NCBI GenBank assembly: GCA_965205265.1
Contig: CBDBGH010000003.1
Span: 3,840,001-3,904,000 of the forward strand
Direction: 5' to 3'
Origin: Alphaproteobacteria bacterium
GTDB lineage: Bacteria; Pseudomonadota; Alphaproteobacteria; Bin95
Length of the DNA: 64,000 bases
The notes under the pieces were generated by a model, which did not search any database, was not told the origin of the DNA, and worked only from the letters and a program-made list of their open reading frames with translations. Position numbers and translations under genes: made by a program. This document shows positions 8,712 through 19,549 of the stretch, piece by piece. The first letter of the stretch is position 1, and every line of letters starts with the position of its first letter.

Positions 8712-8996
8712 ATGCTCATGCACGATCCACCCCATCCCGGCAGCGTCATCCGGCGGCAATGCCTCGAACCGCTGGGATTGACAGTGACCGAAGCCGCCAA
8801 GGGCCTTGCGGTGTCGCGCAACACGCTCTCCATGCTCCTCAACGGCCGCCTCGGAATTTCCCCGGAAATGGCGATCCGGCTTTCGGAGGCTTTCGGGGGC
8901 AGCCCGGAAAGCTGGCTGCTCCAGCAGATGCAATACGACCTCTGGCAGGCGAAGGCCAACCGCGGGCCGGTCACCGTCCGCAGATTCGCCGCATGA
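8712..8996 (+). CDS. higA: HigA-family antitoxin (HTH), no adjacent toxin
   Basis: PPHPG...[16 protein letters not shown]...[22 protein letters not shown]. Confidence 0.88.
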   Translation: MLMHDPPHPGSVIRRQCLEPLGLTVTEAAKGLAVSRNTLSMLLNGRLGISPEMAIRLSEAFGGSPESWLLQQMQYDLWQAKANRGPVTVRRFAA

Positions 8997-9103
8997 CCCG
9001 CGCCGCCACGCCCGCCGTTTCTTCCGCTTGACCGGCAGGCACAATCGGGAAAGGTTGGCGGCCCAGAGGACGGGAACAGGAAACCGAAGGCGGGCGGTCT
9101 GCA

Positions 9104-10339
9104 ATGCGCTTCATCGAGAGCCTGAAACTGGCCGGCCTGCTCTCCTTCCCGCCGGACATGGAGCCGTTCGAGCTCGAATCCCTCAACGTCCTCATCGGCC
9201 CCAACGGCTCGGGCAAGTCGAACCTGATCGAAGCGTTCGAATTACTGCGCGCCCTGCCGGCGGATTTTGCGATGGCTGCCAGCCGCGCGGGCGGGGTAAG
9301 GGAGTTGATATGGAAAGGAGAAGGAGGAGGGTTATTCGAGAGCGCATCGATCGGATTGACCACACGCAGGCCACCGGGCGGTTTGTTGAAGAGGCCGCCT
9401 GCAATGGATTATCTCATCGAATTCGATGCGGCAATGAATCCTGTGTCGGGAATGGATCGTATGCGCATCATCAGGGAAATTATTTCCAAATCCGGCTCGA
9501 CAGAAGATGGCGATGAACCGGTCTTCTATTACAGAAACGAACTTGGCGAGCCTGCAATAATTCTGGAGCAAGATATCGATAAGGATACGCTGAATGAAGG
9601 GTCGCAGAGGGAAATCGATCCATCCGATATATCGGACAATCAATCGGTTCTTGCGCAATTCCGGGATCCTAACAAATACCGGCAAATGTTCTGGCTGGAA
9701 AGAAACCTGCCTCGCATCCGGATTTTCCGGGAATGGTCATTCGGTCCGCAGTCTCCGGTGCGGCAACCTCAATCGGTGAACATGCCAGAATACCGGCTGT
9801 TGCCGGATGCCAGCAATCTTGCAATAATCGTCAATCAACTCGAGAATCAGGGCAGGTGGCAGGAATTCAACGATTTACTACGGCGTTTTTTCCCACGTTT
9901 CGAGCGTTTGAGCACTTGGTTCATTGGCGGAACCATTCAGCTCCGACTCCATGAAAAGGGCTTCGACACGCCCATCCCCGCGATGCGCATCTCAGACGGC
10001 ACGCTCCGCTTCATCGCCATGCTGGCGGTGCTGCTGTCGCCGGTGCCGCCGCCGCTTGTGTGCATCGAAGAGCCGGAATTAGGACTGCACCCGGACGCGG
10101 TAATGCTGATGGGCGATGTGTTGAAGGAGGCTTCCGAACGGATGCAGCTTGTCGTGACCACTCATTCGCACGCGCTGGTCTCTGCGTTCGACGACCGGGC
10201 GAACGCAATTGTGACATGCGAGCGGCCGGGCGCGAGCACGGTGCTGCGCCGGCTGGACCCGGACACCCTCGCCGACCTGCTGGAGACACATTCGCTAGGC
10301 CATTTGTGGCGGCAGGGCGAACTTGGCGCCAATCCGTGA
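9104..10339 (+). CDS. ABC-type (AAA_21/AAA_15-like) ATPase
   Basis: Walker A GPNGSGKSN, signature ISDGT, Walker B/D-loop CIEEPELGLHP, H-loop TTHS. Confidence 0.9.
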   Translation: MRFIESLKLAGLLSFPPDMEPFELESLNVLIGPNGSGKSNLIEAFELLRALPADFAMAASRAGGVRELIWKGEGGGLFESASIGLTTRRPPGGLLKRPPAMDYLIEFDAAMNPVSGMDRMRIIREIISKSGSTEDGDEPVFYYRNELGEPAIILEQDIDKDTLNEGSQREIDPSDISDNQSVLAQFRDPNKYRQMFWLERNLPRIRIFREWSFGPQSPVRQPQSVNMPEYRLLPDASNLAIIVNQLENQGRWQEFNDLLRRFFPRFERLSTWFIGGTIQLRLHEKGFDTPIPAMRISDGTLRFIAMLAVLLSPVPPPLVCIEEPELGLHPDAVMLMGDVLKEASERMQLVVTTHSHALVSAFDDRANAIVTCERPGASTVLRRLDPDTLADLLETHSLGHLWRQGELGANP

Positions 10340-10953
10340 GCGTCGTGACGGTCTATATGGAAGGCGGCGGCGACGACGAAGAACGGCAGGCCGCTTTGCG
10401 CACGGGCATGGAGAGTTTCCTGGCGCGCGGGTTGGCCGGCGGCGAAGCGCGCCCCACCGTGGTCCCTTGCGGCGGCCGCAGCGCCGCCTTTGCCCGGTTC
10501 CGCAGCGCGATGGAGGGTCGGAAGGGTGCAGCCGCCGTGCTTCTCGTCGATTCCGAGCAACGGGTGACTGCCGCGACAGCGCGGGAGCATCTTCGGGAAC
10601 GGCCGGAAGACACTTGGGCCAAGAATCTCGACTTTGCAACCGACGATCAGATTCACCTCATGATCCAGACCATGGAGACATGGATCGCCGCGGATACAAA
10701 GGCGTTGGCCCTTTACTACGGCGAAGGGTTCGACGAGAGCGAACTGCCCGAAACCGGCGATCTGGAGAGTGTATCGAAAGGCTCCATCGCCCGCGCCCTG
10801 AGAGCGGCAACGGGAAACTCCGCCAGAAAGCGGTACCACAAGATTCGGCACGCAAGAGACCTGCTACAGCGTATAGACCCCGAAATAGTGCAGCGGCATT
10901 GCTGCGCCTGCCGACGGCTGTTCGAGACGCTGGCGGAGGAGATCGGACGGTAA
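10336..10953 (+). CDS. DUF4276-family (TOPRIM-like) protein
   Basis: GTG overlaps the ATPase stop; VYMEGGG, PCGGR, LLVDSE, METWIAAD, Y-H-K..H pattern. Confidence 0.75.
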   Translation: MSVVTVYMEGGGDDEERQAALRTGMESFLARGLAGGEARPTVVPCGGRSAAFARFRSAMEGRKGAAAVLLVDSEQRVTAATAREHLRERPEDTWAKNLDFATDDQIHLMIQTMETWIAADTKALALYYGEGFDESELPETGDLESVSKGSIARALRAATGNSARKRYHKIRHARDLLQRIDPEIVQRHCCACRRLFETLAEEIGR

Positions 10954-11059
10954 TCCCTGGCGAAGCCGTCGAGGGGCGCAGCAAGTCCCCGATGCCGCAT
11001 CGCGGAGGCCTGCGTTGCCCCTTCCATAAGAAAAATTTCGGAATCAGCCCGCCAGGGGC

Positions 11060-11086
11060 TTGACCTGGGGGAAAGTGTGGTATGAT
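11060..11086 (+). promoter_or_regulatory. Sigma70-like promoter with extended -10
   Basis: TTGACC (11060-11065), 15-nt spacer, TG-G-TATGAT (-10 at 11081-11086). Spacer is short. Confidence 0.5.
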
Positions 11087-11094
11087 GGGTGCAG

Positions 11095-11130
11095 GAAGGG
11101 CGGCTTGCGGGGCCGCCTTTTCCGTTTTCT
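11095..11130 (+). terminator. GC hairpin plus U-tract directly after the promoter
   Basis: ggaagggcggc-ttgcggg-gccgccttttcc followed by gttttc. Confidence 0.45.
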
Positions 11131-11141
11131 GCAGAGGGCGG

Positions 11142-11412
11142 CTGGGGCCGGAAACCCCGGCGGGAACGGACGAGGAAGGTGCGTCCGCCGTCTCGCGCGC
11201 GCAATCAGGCGCGCGAACCGCGCCGGCGCGAAACGCCCGCCCGCCCGCGCAGGGGCGCGCACGCGATACGCGCGAAACAGGGTCCCGCCGCGCCGGGCAG
11301 CCCGGCGGCGGAATGGAACGAAGCGCAAGGGAGGCGCGATATGCAGGAACGGGACGGCAAGGCATCGGTGGAGGCATGGCGAACATGACATCGCATGACA
11401 GACCATGACGCT
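11142..11412. repeat. Dispersed non-coding element, copy A, ending in a CATGAC phased array
   Basis: 11201-11311 aligns without gaps to 39231-39341 (17 mismatches by hand count); terminal catgacatcgcatgacagaccatgac is shared. Confidence 0.8.
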
Positions 11413-11474
11413 CTATGTGGAGTGGGCCCCGCGCGCCCGCGGGAGGACCGCCGCCCGCCCTTTCCTCTCCGGGG
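11382..11474 (+). repeat. Left copy (first part) of the 111-bp IS1634 target duplication; remainder at 14271-14288
   Basis: Identical to 16205-16297; interrupted by the IS21. Confidence 0.9.
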
Positions 11475-11655
11475 TGCGGCGCGACAATCAGCTTGAGACG
11501 CTGGCGACAATCAGGATGAGACGGGGGAAGGCGGCGGCCCGGAACGGAGGGAGGGCGTAGCCCGACCGGAGTTCCGGGCCGCCGCCTCAAAAATTTTTCC
11601 TGGACCTTCTGGCGGGGTCGGTCGGCTGGGCGAACGGTGACGTTTTTCCGAGTAG

Positions 11656-14003
<2,348 letters not shown>

Positions 14004-14288
14004 ACCGCTGCCGCCAGATCGGCCCAGCGGCCACAACACTCACAGCCCGCGGGAATCGCCTCCGCGGGCCGTCTCTTCTCCGACCCGACGGCCCCCCCGC
14101 GACAATCAAAACGCTCTCCGAAAACCCTGTTTGTCGCGCCGCGACAATCAAAATCCGAAACCGCTTGCAATCCGCGCCCCGCGCGACAATCATCAACTCG
14201 CCGATGCCGCCGGGGAATCTCATCCTGATTGACGCGCGGCTCTCACCCAGATTGTCGCGCTATACCGGGGGCGAGTGCTGTATGTCTT

Positions 14289-16204
14289 CCTGACTTCGAC
14301 GGTTGATTCGCATAAGTAGTTGATATTGCCTGGTTCTCATTTCGGCTAGGCACTACATCCGGCATTTCTTCGAGCCGTGCTTCGTCGACGGTCAGGCGAG
14401 TTGATACGGGGTGATCGTCAGGGGCAGCCCCATGGTTGCGTAAATCTGCTCCGCCGCCGGTGTCGGCTTCGAGGGGATGACGTAGCGGTTGCCCGATTGC
14501 CGACAGCGCAGCAGGGAGCACTGGCGGTGGACGAGGGCGGAGCGGATGACCTCCGGGGACATCCGCCGCTTCTGGATGGCGACGCGGTACGCAAGGTGTC
14601 GAACGCAGGCGAAGGCCAGGAAGGCGATGGCGATGTGAGCGCGGATCCGGTCCGGGTTCCAGTGCCAGATGGGACGTATCTTCAGGTCGTGTTTGGTGAT
14701 CCGGAAGCTCTCCTCGACCTGCCAGAGCCCCTGGTAGTGAGCCATCACTTCGGTGACGCGCGCGTCGCGCAGATTGGTGATGACGCCGGTGAGCCCGTCC
14801 CATCGTGCGGCCTCGGCGATCTTCTCCGGGTTCACCGTGAGCCGTGCGTCGCCCTCGACGGCGATGAAGCGCTTCGCCCCGTGATTGGAGAGCAGTTCCC
14901 TGGGATTGTCGCTGCGGGCCAGCCTGTCGAGCAGGCGTTCCACCTGATGGCGGCGCTCGTGCGCGTCCTTGCGTGCGCGCTGGGGGCAGAAGACGACGAT
15001 CAGGCGACGGCCCTTGTACTCCCACTCGCCGACCCGGCGGTCCTGTGAGCCCTCCAGCGGGGCATAGGTCCCGGGGTCGAGAACCTGCCCCAGCAGCGCG
15101 AGCGGCAGCTTGCGCAGCCGCGCGCCGACGACATACTCGCCGCCGATGGCGTCCATGGCGTCGAGGTTGTCGGCGCTCAGCATGCCCCGGTCGGCCACGC
15201 ATACCGTGCGCTCCACCTGGTGGCGGCGCTGCATGTCCTGCAGGACCGGGACCATGCTGTGTCCCTCGTAGGTGGCGCCGGGGAAGACCTCGTAGCTGAT
15301 CGGCAGCCCTTCGCGCGTCACCATCAGCGCCAGCAGAACCTGCGAGTCCTTGTGTTTGCCGTCCTTGCTGAAGCCGTGCTGGCGAAGCTCGTCCTCGGCG
15401 GCCGTCTCGAAGTAGAGCGTGGTGCAATCGAAGAAGAGGATCGCGACCGGCTCCGGCAGCAGCGACCGGCTCGCCTCGCCGACGCGCGTGCGCAGTCGCT
15501 CGATCACCGTCGCGTCGAGCTGATCCATCATCCGGTAGACCTTCTCGAGCGGAAGACTCACGCCGAAGTCCTCCTCGAGCCGGCGCACGCTGCCCCGCTT
15601 GCTGTCGGGGTTGGCTACCCGCGCCATCACCACATGGAACAGCGCGTCATGGGAGGCCCGGTAGCGCGAGCGCGGCAGCAGCGCGTCGAGGCCCAGCAGC
15701 CGGTAGATCTCGCCATAGACCTCGTGGATGCCTGTGATCAGGCGCTGCTCCTCTTCAAGCTGCTTGAGGTCGACCGGGAGTTCCTCCTTGCCGTCCCCCC
15801 GGCGGCCGACACGGATCGCCTGCTCAGCGATCTTCTCGGGCGCAAACAATGCCGGCTGACGCTCGTCCTCCAGCTTCGCCTTGACGTACTCGCCGAGCTG
15901 CCTCAGGCGCTCGAGCTCGTCCTCGTCCATGGCCACGCCGACATGGCGGACGATGCGCTGTCGGACCTTGCCGCCGTCGCGCACGGCCTCGACGATCTGG
16001 ACCGAGCGTCGCGGGCTGTTGGGGGAGGTCTTGATGCGCACGAACATGGGGGGAGTGTAGCGCGTGGCGGAGGCATTGACAGTCTCAAAGATTTACTAGG
16101 CACTACAACGCAGCTTGACCGCACCGCAACTGCCAACTCATTGGCTTTACTGAAAACTCCAGACGCGAGATCGGTCAGAAGTCAGCCCAACCGTCGAAGT
16201 CAGG
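14289..16204 (-). mobile_element. IS1634-family insertion sequence
   Basis: Perfect 17-bp IR CCTGACTTCGACGGTTG at 14289-14305 and 16188-16204; single DDE transposase; 111-bp flanking direct repeat. Confidence 0.92.
14392..16047 (-). CDS. IS1634-family transposase
   Basis: FFDCTTLYFE, GFSKDGK, VADRGM, Y..LWQVEESFR..K, HW..RIRAH. Confidence 0.92.
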   Translation of the reverse strand: MFVRIKTSPNSPRRSVQIVEAVRDGGKVRQRIVRHVGVAMDEDELERLRQLGEYVKAKLEDERQPALFAPEKIAEQAIRVGRRGDGKEELPVDLKQLEEEQRLITGIHEVYGEIYRLLGLDALLPRSRYRASHDALFHVVMARVANPDSKRGSVRRLEEDFGVSLPLEKVYRMMDQLDATVIERLRTRVGEASRSLLPEPVAILFFDCTTLYFETAAEDELRQHGFSKDGKHKDSQVLLALMVTREGLPISYEVFPGATYEGHSMVPVLQDMQRRHQVERTVCVADRGMLSADNLDAMDAIGGEYVVGARLRKLPLALLGQVLDPGTYAPLEGSQDRRVGEWEYKGRRLIVVFCPQRARKDAHERRHQVERLLDRLARSDNPRELLSNHGAKRFIAVEGDARLTVNPEKIAEAARWDGLTGVITNLRDARVTEVMAHYQGLWQVEESFRITKHDLKIRPIWHWNPDRIRAHIAIAFLAFACVRHLAYRVAIQKRRMSPEVIRSALVHRQCSLLRCRQSGNRYVIPSKPTPAAEQIYATMGLPLTITPYQLA

Positions 16205-16315
16205 AACATGACATCGCATGACAGACCATGACGCTCTATGTGGAGTGGGCCCCGCGCGCCCGCGGGAGGACCGCCGCCCGCCCTTTCCTCTCCGGGGGCG
16301 AGTGCTGTATGTCTT
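16205..16315 (+). repeat. Right (intact) copy of the 111-bp IS1634 target duplication
   Basis: Equals 11382-11474 joined to 14271-14288. Confidence 0.9.
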
Positions 16316-16353
16316 GAGGCCCCGCCCCCCGCGCAAGGAAAGGAACGCGCGCC

Positions 16354-17100
16354 ATGCGCCCCTCGATGGATCTCTCCGGGAAGACCGCGATCGTGACGGG
16401 AGCCGGTTCCGGCATCGGGCGGGCCGTGGCGGAGACGCTGGCGGGCGCGGGCGCGCATGTGGTCGCGACCGACATCGACGGGGCGGCCGTCGCGGAGACC
16501 GCCGCGGCGGCGCAGGAGGCCGGCGGCTCGGCGGAGGCGCGCGCGCTCGACGTGACCGACAAGGCCGCCATCCTGGACATCGCCGCTTCGCTCGGCGCCG
16601 TCGATGTGCTGGCCAATGTCGCGGGCTGGGACCGGATCATGCCCTTCACCGAGAACACGCCCGAGTTCATCGAGCGCATCGTCGAGCTCAACTATCTGGG
16701 CGCGGTGCGCATGTGCCACGCGCTGCTGCCGGCGATGATCGAGGCGGGCGGGGGCAAGATCGTCTCGGTCTCCTCCGACGCCGGGCGCGTCGGCTCGATG
16801 GGCGAGACCGTCTATGCCGGGGCCAAGGGCGGGGTCATCGCGTTTTCCAAGTCGCTCGCCCGCGAGACGGCGCGGCACAACATCAATGTCAATGTGGTCT
16901 GCCCCGGCCCGACCGACACGCCGCTCTTCCGCGGCCAGCCGGAGCGCATGCAGCAGGCGCTGATCCGCGCCATCCCCTTCCGCCGGGTCGGCACGCCGCA
17001 GGACCTCGCCAACGCCGTGCTGTTCTTCGCCGGGCCGCTCAGCGACTATGTCACCGGCCAGGTGCTGAGCGTCTCCGGCGGCCTCACCATGGTGGACTGA
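16354..17100 (+). CDS. SDR oxidoreductase (2-hydroxycyclohexanecarboxyl-CoA dehydrogenase/BadH-like)
   Basis: TGAGSGIG, NVAGWD, SDAGRVGS.GE.VYAGAK, CPGPTDT, QVLSVSGGLTM. Confidence 0.88.
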   Translation: MRPSMDLSGKTAIVTGAGSGIGRAVAETLAGAGAHVVATDIDGAAVAETAAAAQEAGGSAEARALDVTDKAAILDIAASLGAVDVLANVAGWDRIMPFTENTPEFIERIVELNYLGAVRMCHALLPAMIEAGGGKIVSVSSDAGRVGSMGETVYAGAKGGVIAFSKSLARETARHNINVNVVCPGPTDTPLFRGQPERMQQALIRAIPFRRVGTPQDLANAVLFFAGPLSDYVTGQVLSVSGGLTMVD

Positions 17101-17147
17101 CCGCGCTCTTGCGGCGGGCGGGCAAGCGGACATAAACAGGGCGCCCC

Positions 17148-17963
17148 ATGACCGACGCCATGCCGACCCTGCCCGAGAGCGAGGCCAGCGGAGCCGCCGC
17201 CGCCCTCTATGCCGACATAAGGGCCGTGACGGGCGTTCCCGTGGTCAACCTCATCTGGCGCCGGCTCGCCGTCTTTCCGGGCGCTCTGGAATGGGCCTGG
17301 GCCGCGGTGCGCCCGCTCTATGCCGGCGGGCTGGCGGATGCGGCCGCGGCGCGCATCCTAGCGGGGACGCCGCTGCCGGACCTGCCGCCCTGGCCCGGCG
17401 CGCTGCTGCCGGCCGCCGGCCTCTCCGGGGCGGACCGCGCGGCCGTCACCCGCATGCTGGCGAGCTACGACCGCGGCAACCGGCTGAACCTCGCCGCCCT
17501 CGGCGCGCTGCTGCAGGCGCTGGAGGGCGCGCCCGCTGCCGGACCGCCTCCCGCAGCCGGGAGCGGCGCGCGGACGCCGGTCGAGGGCGAACTGCCGCCG
17601 ATTCCCGCGATGGAGGCGCTCCGGCCGGAGGTGCGCGAACTGGTGCTGGCGCTGAACCGGCTCGGCAACAGCGGCGATACGGTGGTGGCGAGCCTCTACC
17701 GGCATCTCGCTTACTGGCCGGGATATCTGGCGCTCGCCTGGGCGCAGCTCGCGCCGCTCGACCGCGACGGGCGGCTCGCTGCCGCGATCGCCGGCGGGGC
17801 GGAGGCCGCGCGCGAGGCCTCGGCCGGGATTGCGGGCGGCCTCGCTTTGCCGCCGGAGCCGCCGCCGCCCGAAGTCGGCGAGGCGGTGGGGCAGTTCGTG
17901 CGCGGCCCCATCGCGCGGATGACGCCGGTTTCCGCCCTGCTGCTGCGCCTGCTCGGGACATGA
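17148..17963 (+). CDS. Hypothetical protein, DehI (group I haloacid dehalogenase)-like duplicated fold
   Basis: Internal repeat LYADIR...VPVVNLIWRRLAVFPGALEWAW / VASLYRHLAYWPGYLALAW. Confidence 0.55.
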   Translation: MTDAMPTLPESEASGAAAALYADIRAVTGVPVVNLIWRRLAVFPGALEWAWAAVRPLYAGGLADAAAARILAGTPLPDLPPWPGALLPAAGLSGADRAAVTRMLASYDRGNRLNLAALGALLQALEGAPAAGPPPAAGSGARTPVEGELPPIPAMEALRPEVRELVLALNRLGNSGDTVVASLYRHLAYWPGYLALAWAQLAPLDRDGRLAAAIAGGAEAAREASAGIAGGLALPPEPPPPEVGEAVGQFVRGPIARMTPVSALLLRLLGT

Positions 17964-18730
17964 CGCCGGAACTGCCGAGGCTGGCGCCGGGCGAGGTCTG
18001 GCTCGTGGGCGCGGGGCCCGGCGACCCCGGCCTGCTCACCCTGCTCGCGGCCCGCGCGCTCGAAGACGCCGATGTCGTGGTGCATGACGCGCTGGTCGAT
18101 CCCGGCGTGCTGGCGCGGGCGCGGGCGGGCGCGCAGATCGTCCCTGCCGGCAAGCGCGGCGGCCGGCCCTCGCCCTGCCAGCCGGACATTTCCGCGCGCC
18201 TCGTCGCCGAGGCGAAGGCAGGCCGGCGCGTGCTGCGGCTCAAGGGCGGCGACCCCTTCGTGTTCGGGCGGGGCGGCGAGGAGGCGCTGGCGCTGGCGGC
18301 GGCCGGCGTGCCCTTCCGCATCGTGCCGGGGGTGACGGCCGGCATCGGCGGGCTCGCCTATGCCGGCATACCGGCGACGCACCGGGACGCGAACTCCGCC
18401 GTCACCTTCGTCTCCGGCCATGCCGCGCCGGAGGAGAGCGGCCTCGACTGGGAGGCGCTGGCCCGGGGCGCGCCGGCGCTGGTGTTCTACATGGCGCTCC
18501 GGCGGATCGGGGCCATCGCGGAGCGCCTGATGGCGCACGGCCGCCCGCCGGACGAGCCCGCCGTCATCGTCAGCCACGCCGCCACCCCCCGCCAGCATGT
18601 CATCGAGACCACGCTCGCCGGCCTCGGCGCAGCGGCACAGCAGGCCGAGCCCCCCGCCGTCATAGCGCTGGGCCCCATAACCGCGCTGCGCCCCCAGCTG
18701 GACTGGCTCGGCCGGCCGGGGATGGGGTAA
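17960..18730 (+). CDS. cobA: Uroporphyrinogen-III C-methyltransferase
   Basis: LVGAGPGDPGLLT, RLKGGDPFVFGRGGEE, VPGVTA, GIPATHR. Confidence 0.93.
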   Translation: MTPELPRLAPGEVWLVGAGPGDPGLLTLLAARALEDADVVVHDALVDPGVLARARAGAQIVPAGKRGGRPSPCQPDISARLVAEAKAGRRVLRLKGGDPFVFGRGGEEALALAAAGVPFRIVPGVTAGIGGLAYAGIPATHRDANSAVTFVSGHAAPEESGLDWEALARGAPALVFYMALRRIGAIAERLMAHGRPPDEPAVIVSHAATPRQHVIETTLAGLGAAAQQAEPPAVIALGPITALRPQLDWLGRPGMG

Positions 18731-18757
18731 GGCGGGAACCGGCGCGGCAATCCGGCG

Positions 18758-19186
18758 TCAGGCGAGAGGATTGACCCACCTGAGGCCCGGAAACCGCGCC
18801 ATGTCGGCGTCGGTCGAGTGAAGTTCGGCCTGGTGTTCGATTGCGAGCGCGGCAAGGTGGGCGTCCGTCGTCAGATTGGCGGCTGTGCCCGCCGCTTCAA
18901 GAAGAGCGAACAGAATGTCCGCATGGCGGTCTCCCGGATGAATGAACACCGTCTGCGGCCTCCCCAGCCAAGACCGGACGCGCATGCAGGCGCTTTTTGC
19001 GTCGAGGGGCCTGTCGAAAATCCTGGGATTTGTGGCGATGCGGATGAAGCCGAGAATCGCGATCCAGGGAAGGCCGACGCTGACGGCGCCGTTCATCAGC
19101 GTCTCCCACCACTCCCGCGCCGCCTCGTGTCGGGGCGAACGGGAATGATGACTATGCAGAAGCAGATTGACGTCGGGAACGATCAA
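18758..19186 (-). CDS. vapC: VapC PIN-domain toxin
   Basis: IVPDVNLL, TDAHLAALAIEH, STDADMARF. Confidence 0.9.
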   Translation of the reverse strand: MIVPDVNLLLHSHHSRSPRHEAAREWWETLMNGAVSVGLPWIAILGFIRIATNPRIFDRPLDAKSACMRVRSWLGRPQTVFIHPGDRHADILFALLEAAGTAANLTTDAHLAALAIEHQAELHSTDADMARFPGLRWVNPLA

Positions 19187-19443
19187 CGGCCGGGCCGCCG
19201 GGCGAATTCCTCGGCTTCCAGTTCATCGACAAGCTGGTTGAAACGATCCATGTCAACGCCCGGCTTAGTGCCGAAATCATGAGGTTCGACCTTGTAGTGA
19301 GGCAAGCGGGGCGGTTTGCCGCGCGCTCCGAGCCCGAGGCGCAACGCATCGTTGATGACGGCCTTCATGCTCCTGTCGGTACGCCGGAGTGCGCGCTGAA
19401 GCAGTTGTTCGACATCCGGATCGAGGGTCAGCGTGGTTCTCAT
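19183..19443 (-). CDS. vapB: VapB-type RHH antitoxin
   Basis: MRTTLTLDPDV...KAVINDALRLGL; overlaps the vapC start. Confidence 0.85.
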   Translation of the reverse strand: MRTTLTLDPDVEQLLQRALRRTDRSMKAVINDALRLGLGARGKPPRLPHYKVEPHDFGTKPGVDMDRFNQLVDELEAEEFARRPGR

Positions 19444-19549
19444 ATTTGGCATCGTGATGCGCGATTGAATTGCAGTCAAGATGCCATATAACCCTCCGCC
19501 CACGGCTGGACCGGGTCGGCCGGGGATGGACTTCCGAACGGCCCCCGCC

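Noticed and set aside
11060-11408. Short ORFs (99-112 aa) in element copy A and the 251-aa ORF at 38765-39520
   Set aside because: Starts, stops and frames are not conserved between copies, and substitutions lack third-position bias.
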